Virus record (IMG/VR): IMGVR_UViG_3300033066_000417 | DNA length: 64,000 nucleotides | Source of the DNA: an uncultured virus (IMG/VR IMGVR_UViG_3300033066_000417) | Taxonomy: Duplodnaviria; Heunggongvirae; Uroviricota; Caudoviricetes | Direction: 5' to 3' (one strand) | Shown: piece after piece, positions 26,419 to 34,766 of the stretch | Position numbering within the stretch: the first letter of the stretch is position 1 | Layout of the letters: the number at the start of each line of letters is the position of its first letter | The notes under the pieces: generated by a model | Told to the model about the DNA's origin: nothing | What the model saw: the letters and a program-made list of their open reading frames with translations, nothing else | Database searches by the model: none | Program-made: the position numbers and the translations under genes

Positions 26419-28477
26419 ATCAGTAAGTTTATATGTAGATTTAAAAGACAGTATATTTCAAACTCCCAGAAATAGTGCTGTAGTTCAGCTATTTAATTAC
26501 CCTGCTACACTTTCTGATGGCACCATTACAGGAACTCAGGCAGTATCTTCAGATGGCACAACTGTAGTAGGTTATCAATCTGCAAACAGAGGCAGATATC
26601 ATTTTAGAAATATACCTAGCGGTAAATATTATACTGTAGTTGTCTCTGGCGGAGGTATTACTACTTTTGTTCCAGAAGGTTTTGAAAAATGGTCTGTAAC
26701 ACAAGCTCCAGATTTTACAGGAACAGATGTTCCATGGAAAGATGGAGAAGTAGATTCTATTGCTACAAAGATTGAAAGCTTAAGTGTAGGGTCTTCTTCT
26801 GGTGTAAATCTTGGAGATGGCACAGGAGTATTTTTTCAAAAAGTAGGTTCAGTATTTCAATTCAAGACTTTGAAGTCTGGAGCTAACATGTCTATAAGTA
26901 CTGATTCTTCTACTATAACATTTACTAGTGCTCAAGATGGAACTACTAATACACGTCTTAGTGTATTAGAAGCTTCAGATATAATTCAGGATGTAGAGAT
27001 AGCTGACCTTACAACTTCAGACGGAACACAGAACACAAGATTAACTTCAAGAGAAGTTGTAGATGGTACTCAGAATACAAGATTAACAGTTGTAGAAGGT
27101 TCTGTAGCTACTAACTCAAGTAACATAACTACGTTACAAACTTCAGATGGTACACAAAATACTAGGCTTACTGCTATTGAATCAAAAGATGGAACGCAGG
27201 ATACTACTTTAACTGCTTTGATTTCTTCTGCAAGTACTAATAGTTCTAACATAACTACCTTACAAACATCTGACGGTACTCAAAATACCAGACTTACGAC
27301 TATTGAAGGAGCTTATGCTTCAACAGGTGTGAATGTAGGAACAGGTGAAGGACTATTTATTGATAAATCTGGAACAACTTTAAGATTCAAACCTTTAAAA
27401 CAAGGTTCCAATATTACTTTGACTTCTGATTCAACTTCTGTTACTATAGCAAGTTCTGCATCAGGAGAAGTTAACACAGCTTCTAACTTAGGTGCAGGAA
27501 CAGGAGTATTTGCTCAGAAGTCTGGTGTTGATTTACAATTCAAAAGCTTAAGGGTATCCAGTGATAGTACTGTAAGCACTGACACAACCACAGTTACAAT
27601 TAGCAGAGTCACACCAACTAATATTAAATATGTTTCTCCAGCCTTCTCAGGTCTTGGAGCTCCATACTACACTACTCCAGCTTTAGCTGTGGCGAGTGCA
27701 GTTAGTGGTGACCTCATAATTGTATTTCCAGCTACCTATGATGGTGCTGGTTCACCATGTATTACACTTAAGGATGGGGTTAATTGGTATCTTCACAAAG
27801 GGGTAACTCTGACAAATACAAGTGGTACAACAATTCATACTATTACTGACGGAGGAGCCAGTATTACCTGCACAATTTCTGGTGAGGGTGATATTTCAAG
27901 AATAACAGCAGGTACAGGAAGTGCAGTTTACCTTTCAGGAGCCTCAACAAATTTTACACTGTATTGTAATACTATAACTAATTCCCAAGGTGTTACTTTG
28001 TATCTTGGAAACTATCCTTCAGGAATATCTTTTATAAAGGCAAAGTCAATTTCTTGTACTGGTGCTTTTACAACAATAAGTAATTCCAGTTCAGGTACTA
28101 TTGAGGCAGATACAATTACAGGAACTTCAGGAAGTGTAGTTACACATTCAGCAGGTACAGTGTATCTTAAAGTAAAAGAGGTAAGTACAGCAACTTCAGG
28201 TGTAAGAGGAGTTTATATGGATAATACAGGAACCTTACATATCATGTGTAACAGGATAAAAACTACTTCAGGAAATCCTATAAGAAAAGATGGAGGTACA
28301 ATGTATTTATATGGAGGTTTGGTTTTGGTAGCAAGTCCCAGTGTGGATACCATAACCGCAGGAACAGCACAAAATGTATCCTATTATGGTACAATTGTTG
28401 GTAGTTATACTGTAAATGCAAACATAACCAATATTATTACAGGAACTTCTTTAATAAATGATACTGATGTAGCATAA
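26411..28477 (+). CDS. Neck/collar or tail fibre protein with repeats and beta-helix-like C-terminus
   Basis: 6x DGT(Q/T)(N/D)T(R/T)L coiled-coil repeats; 3x N(L/V)GxGxG(V/L)FxxKxG..FKxL; YTTPALAVASAVSGDLIIVFPATY precedes beta-helix. Confidence 0.7.
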   Translation: MGKSVSLYVDLKDSIFQTPRNSAVVQLFNYPATLSDGTITGTQAVSSDGTTVVGYQSANRGRYHFRNIPSGKYYTVVVSGGGITTFVPEGFEKWSVTQAPDFTGTDVPWKDGEVDSIATKIESLSVGSSSGVNLGDGTGVFFQKVGSVFQFKTLKSGANMSISTDSSTITFTSAQDGTTNTRLSVLEASDIIQDVEIADLTTSDGTQNTRLTSREVVDGTQNTRLTVVEGSVATNSSNITTLQTSDGTQNTRLTAIESKDGTQDTTLTALISSASTNSSNITTLQTSDGTQNTRLTTIEGAYASTGVNVGTGEGLFIDKSGTTLRFKPLKQGSNITLTSDSTSVTIASSASGEVNTASNLGAGTGVFAQKSGVDLQFKSLRVSSDSTVSTDTTTVTISRVTPTNIKYVSPAFSGLGAPYYTTPALAVASAVSGDLIIVFPATYDGAGSPCITLKDGVNWYLHKGVTLTNTSGTTIHTITDGGASITCTISGEGDISRITAGTGSAVYLSGASTNFTLYCNTITNSQGVTLYLGNYPSGISFIKAKSISCTGAFTTISNSSSGTIEADTITGTSGSVVTHSAGTVYLKVKEVSTATSGVRGVYMDNTGTLHIMCNRIKTTSGNPIRKDGGTMYLYGGLVLVASPSVDTITAGTAQNVSYYGTIVGSYTVNANITNIITGTSLINDTDVA

Positions 28478-29229
28478 TGTCAAACTTATCTATAATATAT
28501 TTAGGCAATCAACCTACTCTTAAATGGTCTCCTTTTCCAGATTCTATAAAATATAGAATCTACAGAGGCACTACAAAAGATAATCTGGAAAAGTTAGCCG
28601 ATACAGATTTACTTCAGTATCAAGACAATTCTCCAGAAGCAAATCTTATGAAAAAATTTGATAGAGTAAAGTACTTTTATCAAATTGCTTCAGTAAGAGA
28701 AGACGGTACAGAGGAAAAATTTTCTGATATAATAAATTGTTATCAGGAAATAAAATATCCTTATGCTGGAATTCTTAAAACAATTGTAAGAAGAAATAAT
28801 TTAATGCTTGACAGAATGACTGGGGAGGATTGTACCTTCTATATAAAGAAAGGTGCAGGTCAAAGATGTCCTGATTGTTTTAATGAAATAACCAGAGACG
28901 TTGACAGTGAAAGTCCTTTCTGCAGTACTTGCTATAACACTACTTTTGTAGGTGGTTATGTTCAGGTACAGGGTAAAGTAAGAATTAAGAATGCTACAGA
29001 GCAGGAAGTAAGAACACTCTATGGTATGGTAATTGAATCTAATGGTAGAGTTGGCTGGACAGCAAATTACCCTCTAGTAGATAATGGAGACTTGATTAAA
29101 ACTATTTCTGGGGAGATATATGTAATAGATAACTTACTAAGAAGAAGCCAGAAGGATTTTGTTACTTTACAGACTTTTACCGTTAAAACATTGAAAACTA
29201 CTGATAACCTATACTCTGTTGTAGTATGA
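28477..29229 (+). CDS. Neck/head-closure protein with FN3-like N-terminus and Zn finger
   Basis: LKWSP..YRIYRG..YQD; GEDC..GQRCPDCF..CSTCYNTTFVGGY. Confidence 0.55.
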   Translation: MSNLSIIYLGNQPTLKWSPFPDSIKYRIYRGTTKDNLEKLADTDLLQYQDNSPEANLMKKFDRVKYFYQIASVREDGTEEKFSDIINCYQEIKYPYAGILKTIVRRNNLMLDRMTGEDCTFYIKKGAGQRCPDCFNEITRDVDSESPFCSTCYNTTFVGGYVQVQGKVRIKNATEQEVRTLYGMVIESNGRVGWTANYPLVDNGDLIKTISGEIYVIDNLLRRSQKDFVTLQTFTVKTLKTTDNLYSVVV

Positions 29230-29699
29230 CTTTAAAACAAATTAAAGCTATACTTAAAAAATTAGTTTCTACACTAAATCCTGAAGATTACATTGATACA
29301 GTATCTAGTATTATGGATACAGATTTAGAAGATGCTGAAATTACAGCTTACGAACTTGTTAAAGAGTATAATTCTCTTCCTGACCCGTTTTTAGTTTATA
29401 GAGGTATAAGTTTAGGGCATCCTTCTGAGTTTAGTTATGAGTATGGTAAAGCTGTAGAAGATGGTCAAGGTCACTCATGGACTACAGAAAAATCAGTAGC
29501 AGAAAGATTTGGTAATTTTATACTATGTGGGCTTGTAAAAAAAGTAGCTGTAGATTGGGATATGACTGTCCATAATAGAGTTTACTTTCTACTCGAAGAT
29601 GAGTATGAGATTGTAGTACATGACCAGAAGAAAGTAAAATTGTTAAAAATAGAAGATTCTAATGGAAATGATGTGACCAAATTGTTTAAATTACAATAA
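29226..29699 (+). CDS. ADP-ribosyltransferase-like protein (R-S-ExE type) with amphipathic leader
   Basis: MTLKQIKAILKKLVS leader; VYRG, GHSWTTEKSVAERF, EYEIV. Confidence 0.7.
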   Translation: MTLKQIKAILKKLVSTLNPEDYIDTVSSIMDTDLEDAEITAYELVKEYNSLPDPFLVYRGISLGHPSEFSYEYGKAVEDGQGHSWTTEKSVAERFGNFILCGLVKKVAVDWDMTVHNRVYFLLEDEYEIVVHDQKKVKLLKIEDSNGNDVTKLFKLQ

Positions 29700-29725
29700 A
29701 GACTGCTAGATAATTAACTTAAAAA

Positions 29726-29744
29726 TTTGTATTTATTATATAGA
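29726..29744 (+). promoter_or_regulatory. Putative late promoter motif
   Basis: TTTGTATTTATTATATAGA, last A is the A of the next ATG. Confidence 0.8.
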
Positions 29745-29989
29745 TGACAACCGAACAGGAAAAAAAGGTGCTATCAGAGCTTAAAACTAACTATATTTAT
29801 GATTTAAGCAAGGCTGTGCCTAATTTATTGCGAAAAAGTTCTATAGATATTAAGTTAAAGCTCTCTGAAATACTCCAAACCAGTGATTCCCAAGAGCTGG
29901 CAGAAGCAAAAACTTTTGTAGAGCAGTCTGCAAACATAATGGGTTCCGATGTTGTCAACACATTGATTGAAGCAATAGAAAAATATTAA
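29744..29989 (+). CDS. Small helical hypothetical protein
   Basis: 81 aa; precedes sheath. Confidence 0.55.
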   Translation: MTTEQEKKVLSELKTNYIYDLSKAVPNLLRKSSIDIKLKLSEILQTSDSQELAEAKTFVEQSANIMGSDVVNTLIEAIEKY

Positions 29990-30005
29990 AATGAGGAACT
30001 AACCC

Positions 30006-31697
30006 TTGGCATCAATAGAAATAAAAACACAAAGAGTAGAGAACCAAGGTTCTCAGCCTAATTTTACAAGACCTCAATTAGTAGGTGTTGTTGGTCTGTC
30101 TTTAGGAAGTAACACTCCTGTAGCAGATGTTCCAACAAATTTAACTGTATCAGATGGTACATCAGATACCTTAACAGGGTATGTAGTAAGAAGTATTGAT
30201 AAAGTAGCTCTTGCTAAAAATGATACTGTTAACGTATTTACAAAAGATGTAGACTATACTTTAGTTGCCCCTAATGTTATAAAGTGGCTTAACAATACTA
30301 TGAGTGCTCCAGAACTTGAAGGTTCTGTTGTTAGCTCAGGTGGTTCAGGCATTGGTACAACAGCAGTAAACTATAAGATTACAGTTCTTGACCAGAACTC
30401 AGAAGAATCACTCCCTTCTAATACTGTTATTTTGACAGGTGATAGCGGAACTGTTTCTCACAAACTAGACTGGGTAAAAGTTCCTTTTGCTAGCGGTTAT
30501 AAAATTTATGACTCAACAGCAGGAAGATTGATTACTACAATTACTAATGCTAACACTGTAACGTATACCAGAACAGATAACTCAACTTCAGCAGGAACAC
30601 CTCCTGCAACAGCTAAGGCTAGAAGAGTTCCTAAAACAGGTACAGGTTCAGATAGTACATACTATGCATCTTTCACAAGTGTAACTTACAACTATGATGT
30701 TAATAGCTATACAAGTGTTAATCAGGTAGAACAAGCTCATGGTACAGGTAGTGACTTAACTAACGTTGCTATGATTGGTTTTCAGGATATGAAAGTATCA
30801 GAAATGTATATTTGTGCAGTAGACGGTACTACAAATAGTGCATTCCAATCTGCAATAGATAAGTTTGCAAACAATGAAGACATACAGTATATCGTTGCTT
30901 TAAAAGATTCAACAACAGTACAATTATACACAGTTAACCATGCAAAGACTTATTCAAGTGATGAAAACAAGAAAGAAAGATTTGCAGTTGTAAATATCAG
31001 CAACGGTGTTACTAGTGTTGGTACTCCTTCTACTCCAGATACAATCAGATACTGGTTGGCTTACTTTGGTGGAGAAAAGAGAGCTATTGTTCCAGTTGCT
31101 AATGGTAATAAAGTATATAGAAATATATGGCAGGAGACAGATGGTAGTGTAACTGATAATAAATTAGTTCCTAACCACTTCTTAAGTGCTGGTGTTGCTT
31201 TTAGAGCTACAATGGTTCCTAAAGTTTCTGAGTCAATTGCTTACCAATTCTTAGACGGCTTTAACTACGGTGCAACAGGTGCTCCTTGGAATGATTCAGT
31301 AGAGTCTGAAAAGATTACATCTGAAGGTGGTATGTATATTACTTCTGCTAATGGTAGATTAAGAATATACAATGATAACACAAATGACCCTTCAATAACT
31401 GAAAACTTCCAGAGGTCAGTACTTACAGCCGAAGATGAGTTAAGACGCAGATTAAGAACTTCAGTAGAGCCTTACATTGGTAACATAATTACTGATGGTT
31501 TAGTAGGTGCTATTTGGAGAAAGACTCGTGATGTACTTCAAATCATGGTTCAGGAAAGCTTAATTGAAAGCTTTAATGAAAATGAGATAGTAGTTGAGCA
31601 AGATGCTTTAGTAAAAACTCAGGTTAATATTAGTTTTGCATACGGTGCTTTATATCCAATGTTGAGAGTAATATTTAAATATTCATTTAATTTATAA
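30006..31697 (+). CDS. Tail sheath protein
   Basis: TTG start after GAGG; AFQSAIDKF, KKERFAVV, SVLTAEDELRRRL..YIG, QVNISFAYGALYPM typical sheath C-terminus; upstream of tube. Confidence 0.85.
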   Translation: MASIEIKTQRVENQGSQPNFTRPQLVGVVGLSLGSNTPVADVPTNLTVSDGTSDTLTGYVVRSIDKVALAKNDTVNVFTKDVDYTLVAPNVIKWLNNTMSAPELEGSVVSSGGSGIGTTAVNYKITVLDQNSEESLPSNTVILTGDSGTVSHKLDWVKVPFASGYKIYDSTAGRLITTITNANTVTYTRTDNSTSAGTPPATAKARRVPKTGTGSDSTYYASFTSVTYNYDVNSYTSVNQVEQAHGTGSDLTNVAMIGFQDMKVSEMYICAVDGTTNSAFQSAIDKFANNEDIQYIVALKDSTTVQLYTVNHAKTYSSDENKKERFAVVNISNGVTSVGTPSTPDTIRYWLAYFGGEKRAIVPVANGNKVYRNIWQETDGSVTDNKLVPNHFLSAGVAFRATMVPKVSESIAYQFLDGFNYGATGAPWNDSVESEKITSEGGMYITSANGRLRIYNDNTNDPSITENFQRSVLTAEDELRRRLRTSVEPYIGNIITDGLVGAIWRKTRDVLQIMVQESLIESFNENEIVVEQDALVKTQVNISFAYGALYPMLRVIFKYSFNL

Positions 31698-31709
31698 TAG
31701 GAAAACAAA

Positions 31710-32261
31710 ATGTCAGGTACATTTCAGAAAAATATTGGATTAGTAAAATCTAAAACTCCGTTGCAAGATACTAAAAATCGTGACGGAGAAGTTTTACTTT
31801 CTACACAGATTTCTATATTAGACCAAGATGGGTATGCCATCGGTTTTATAACTGGGTTTACTCCTTCACAAACTAGGTCTACAGAAAGAATAAGACACAT
31901 ATCTCATGCTGATGCTGGGCGTGTTATTGAGCAAGCTCCTAAACCTGAAGATGTTAGCATCCAAGTGAATGGCTTTGCTTTATATAACACTGTAGCAGAA
32001 AAAGGAAATTTAGCACAGAGATTAGGTGCTTGGAATCCAAGTCGTGCATTTGCATCACTTCAAGAACAGCAGTATGGGTTTACTTTAATAGTAGTAGAAA
32101 AGAATCCTAAAACTGGTGAAACAGCAGATGTAAGAGAATATCAAGACTGCTGGCTACAAAGTTATAGCAAACCTATCAGCGTAGGTAATGCTACTATTAG
32201 TGATTCTGCATCTATATTTGCAAGTAGGATAGTAAGACCAGACAACTGGAAAGCTCTTTAA
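31710..32261 (+). CDS. Tail tube protein
   Basis: IGFITGFTPSQTR..ERI, YQDCWLQSYSK; directly after sheath. Confidence 0.8.
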   Translation: MSGTFQKNIGLVKSKTPLQDTKNRDGEVLLSTQISILDQDGYAIGFITGFTPSQTRSTERIRHISHADAGRVIEQAPKPEDVSIQVNGFALYNTVAEKGNLAQRLGAWNPSRAFASLQEQQYGFTLIVVEKNPKTGETADVREYQDCWLQSYSKPISVGNATISDSASIFASRIVRPDNWKAL

Positions 32262-32273
32262 TAGGGGGCTTCC

Positions 32274-32717
32274 ATGAGTCTAAAACCTTTAATAGCCACA
32301 CTTAAAGAACTGACTAGCAGTTTTTTAGAAGACAATATGGAAGTATTAAAAGATTTAATACTTTTACACAGAGAAGGCAAGAGCCAGCAAGAACTTAAAA
32401 GCTTGCTGGTACAAGAGAACAAGTACAACAGAAAACAAATAAAAACTTTACTTACTTGGGTTGAACGTTTTGGAGACGACCAAGCAGAGCTACAATATTT
32501 ATTTACAGACAAATCTGTAAGTGATAAAGGTGTCATAAGCAAAGCTTCTATAGACCACTTCTTAATTAATTTTCATAACAATCTTGATGCTCTAAAAGGT
32601 AAAAACTTGGCAGAGCAGAGACAGATATTACACACTATAAATAACGGCTTACAAGGTCTAGATAAAACTATCTCACTTATAAATAGTAATCTGAGTAAAG
32701 GTGTAATAATACAATGA
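32274..32717 (+). CDS. Helical protein with amphipathic leader
   Basis: MSLKPLIATLKELTS; C-term similar to next gene (KNLAEQ..LDKTI vs KDLATQ..IKKTM). Confidence 0.6.
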   Translation: MSLKPLIATLKELTSSFLEDNMEVLKDLILLHREGKSQQELKSLLVQENKYNRKQIKTLLTWVERFGDDQAELQYLFTDKSVSDKGVISKASIDHFLINFHNNLDALKGKNLAEQRQILHTINNGLQGLDKTISLINSNLSKGVIIQ

Positions 32718-32968
32718 AAAATTTAATTGTCACACTAAGGAAGGTATGTGAGTCTCAGGATGACCAAGTTGCTGAATTTCCAGAGTACAAAATACTAGAA
32801 GAGATACAAGGGTTACAGGATGCTTTTAAAAGCTTGTACCAAACTAAAGATTTAGCCACACAAGAACGAAGAATTAAAGAACTCGCTTCTGTAGCTTCTA
32901 ACATTAAGAAGACTATGGAATACTTAACCCACATGAACCAAAGTGGTAAAACTATAAAATTTGTTTAA
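32714..32968 (+). CDS. Small helical protein with amphipathic leader
   Basis: MKNLIVTLRKVCES. Confidence 0.6.
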   Translation: MKNLIVTLRKVCESQDDQVAEFPEYKILEEIQGLQDAFKSLYQTKDLATQERRIKELASVASNIKKTMEYLTHMNQSGKTIKFV

Positions 32969-32971
32969 ACA

Positions 32972-33436
32972 ATGGACAACAGTTTTGACATTTATCCAGA
33001 GCAGGCAGAAGACTTAATAAATTTTGCCCAGTTCACTAAAGTATTAGAGATACCAACAGCTCAAGGTGGCTTGATGGTAAATTTTAGTTTACTATGGGAA
33101 GGTGAAGTAGCTCACATACAGAGAAAATCTGCTGAGTATGCTTCTACTCCACAAGATATTATGAGCAGAAGTGCTTATATAAAGTTAGAAACTTTAGTAC
33201 AAGCTATTGATAACATAGGTGAGATGCAGTTTAAAGCAGACGACCCTAATGAAAATACTTTACTTAAGAATAAACTTAGAACTATATTACAAAAAACTTC
33301 TCCAGCTCTAGTGCAGTACATGTACAATTGTTATAGTGAGCTAGCATTATATAGAGATGCATTTGTCGCTGAAAAGACAGCCGACTTTAAAAAAAAATTT
33401 CAAGAAGAGCTTCAGGGGAAATCTCTGACGATATAA
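32972..33436 (+). CDS. Tail assembly chaperone (gpG-like)
   Basis: Between tube and tape measure; ends in TTT AAA AAA AAA TTT slippery run. Confidence 0.7.
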   Translation: MDNSFDIYPEQAEDLINFAQFTKVLEIPTAQGGLMVNFSLLWEGEVAHIQRKSAEYASTPQDIMSRSAYIKLETLVQAIDNIGEMQFKADDPNENTLLKNKLRTILQKTSPALVQYMYNCYSELALYRDAFVAEKTADFKKKFQEELQGKSLTI

Positions 33437-33783
33437 ATAGATTTTACAGGTTAAGCTATCTTATAAGACAGAATCTTAATCTGACCTTCACTAAGAAGAG
33501 ACATTATCTCTGTTCTGAGTTAGATATTATTTTAAACAATAATTATTTACTTGCTTTTTATGCTTCAATGTTCTCAGAAGATTTTGACCAAGAGTTTAGC
33601 ATGTATAAGTATCAAGGTCTTTTAATAAACCCAGAAGGGTTCAAAGAGATAGAAAGACATATCAACCCTACAGCTAACTTACACAAGTATAAAGAATCTC
33701 AACCATTCGAATCTGGAATAGAAGCCGATAAGGAGCTAAGTAAATTTATAAAACAAGAAGATGATGGTATTGAACTGGGGTAG
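33391..33783 (+). CDS. -1 frameshift extension of tail chaperone (gpGT-like)
   Basis: -1 frame is open from 33391 (just after TAA at 33388) through the track ORF 33568..33783. Confidence 0.7.
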   Translation, partial: KKISRRASGEISDDINRFYRLSYLIRQNLNLTFTKKRHYLCSELDIILNNNYLLAFYASMFSEDFDQEFSMYKYQGLLINPEGFKEIERHINPTANLHKYKESQPFESGIEADKELSKFIKQEDDGIELG

Positions 33784-33799
33784 GGTATGAATTTATGCA

Positions 33800-33830
33800 T
33801 TGTTTTTTAATTATTAGCATACTATCTTTG
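33800..33830 (+). promoter_or_regulatory. Bacteroidota-type early promoter
   Basis: TTG-N20-TATCTTTG, then AAGGAG RBS. Confidence 0.7.
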
Positions 33831-33858
33831 TACTGAATTAAAATTAAGGAGAAAATAC

Positions 33859-34170
33859 ATGCTGACAGATATGGTTGTAAAAGCATTTGAAGTTGTAGAA
33901 CTATGTAAACCCTTTTTTAAAAGAGCAGTTGAGGTATCAGCAGATTGGGACAATACTGCCTATATAGTACAAGAAGTTATCAGTGGTAAAGTATATGTAA
34001 TGTCTTGGAATCAGTATAAGAGTCATGTCGGCTGTGGGCATTGTAATAAGCTATGTGAGCTAGATGGTAATGGTATAGGTTTTTATAATTCAGAGACACA
34101 AGAGCAATTAGTAGAGTTTGCGGATGCTTCACCAATTTATAAAAGTCTTTTAGGTGAGTATATAAAATAA
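33859..34170 (+). CDS. Hypothetical protein (moron-like insert)
   Basis: Own promoter and AAGGAG RBS; CGHC motif. Confidence 0.6.
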   Translation: MLTDMVVKAFEVVELCKPFFKRAVEVSADWDNTAYIVQEVISGKVYVMSWNQYKSHVGCGHCNKLCELDGNGIGFYNSETQEQLVEFADASPIYKSLLGEYIK

Positions 34171-34400
34171 TGAGTGATATAAAATCTTTAAAGTGTCAAA
34201 ATTGTGGAAGTAATTTATCTTCTGATAACTTAGTAAGTACGTTGGCTAACAGCTTACTGTTCGAATGTTCCTCATGTAGAGGATTCAGTGTATTAAAAAC
34301 TGAATCGGTTACTAAGGAGCCAGTGTTAAAAGAGAAAACTACTAAAGAGCTTGCACAAGAAATGCGACAAGCTTATAAAGATTTCATGTACCCAGATTAA
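34170..34400 (+). CDS. Zinc-ribbon protein
   Basis: CQNCG...CSSCRG. Confidence 0.6.
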   Translation: MSDIKSLKCQNCGSNLSSDNLVSTLANSLLFECSSCRGFSVLKTESVTKEPVLKEKTTKELAQEMRQAYKDFMYPD

Positions 34401-34418
34401 AATAATAATTTTACCCTT

Positions 34419-34757
34419 ATGCTTAACGAAACAGATTTTAACGTAATAGGAAAAGATATTGATACAGAGTTAGAAACTTATTTACATAAGACTTCTGACT
34501 CTGTTTCTTTTGACACTAGTCAATATGACCCAGTAGTAGAATATTATGCAGGTCTACTGGATGCTATAATTGCATGTTTAGATGTGGCAGTGAAACGTGA
34601 AGAGATGCTGTCAACAGTTCAGAGGGCAATGAAAGAAGATGTTGAAAAAGAAATGCTTGACTTAAGAGAACAACTTGAAAAGTTACCAGATACACCATAT
34701 AAAAAAAATCAATTATTGAGATTAGACATTAACTTAGCTTCTTTAGATAGATTCTAA
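34419..34757 (+). CDS. Hypothetical helical protein
   Basis: 112-aa ORF. Confidence 0.55.
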   Translation: MLNETDFNVIGKDIDTELETYLHKTSDSVSFDTSQYDPVVEYYAGLLDAIIACLDVAVKREEMLSTVQRAMKEDVEKEMLDLREQLEKLPDTPYKKNQLLRLDINLASLDRF

Positions 34758-34766
34758 TTAACCTTT

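Noticed and set aside
26930..27310. Repeated GATGG(A/T)AC.CA.AA.AC units as a possible CRISPR array
   Set aside because: Degenerate at third codon positions and in frame within a fibre gene; protein repeat, no unique spacers or cas genes
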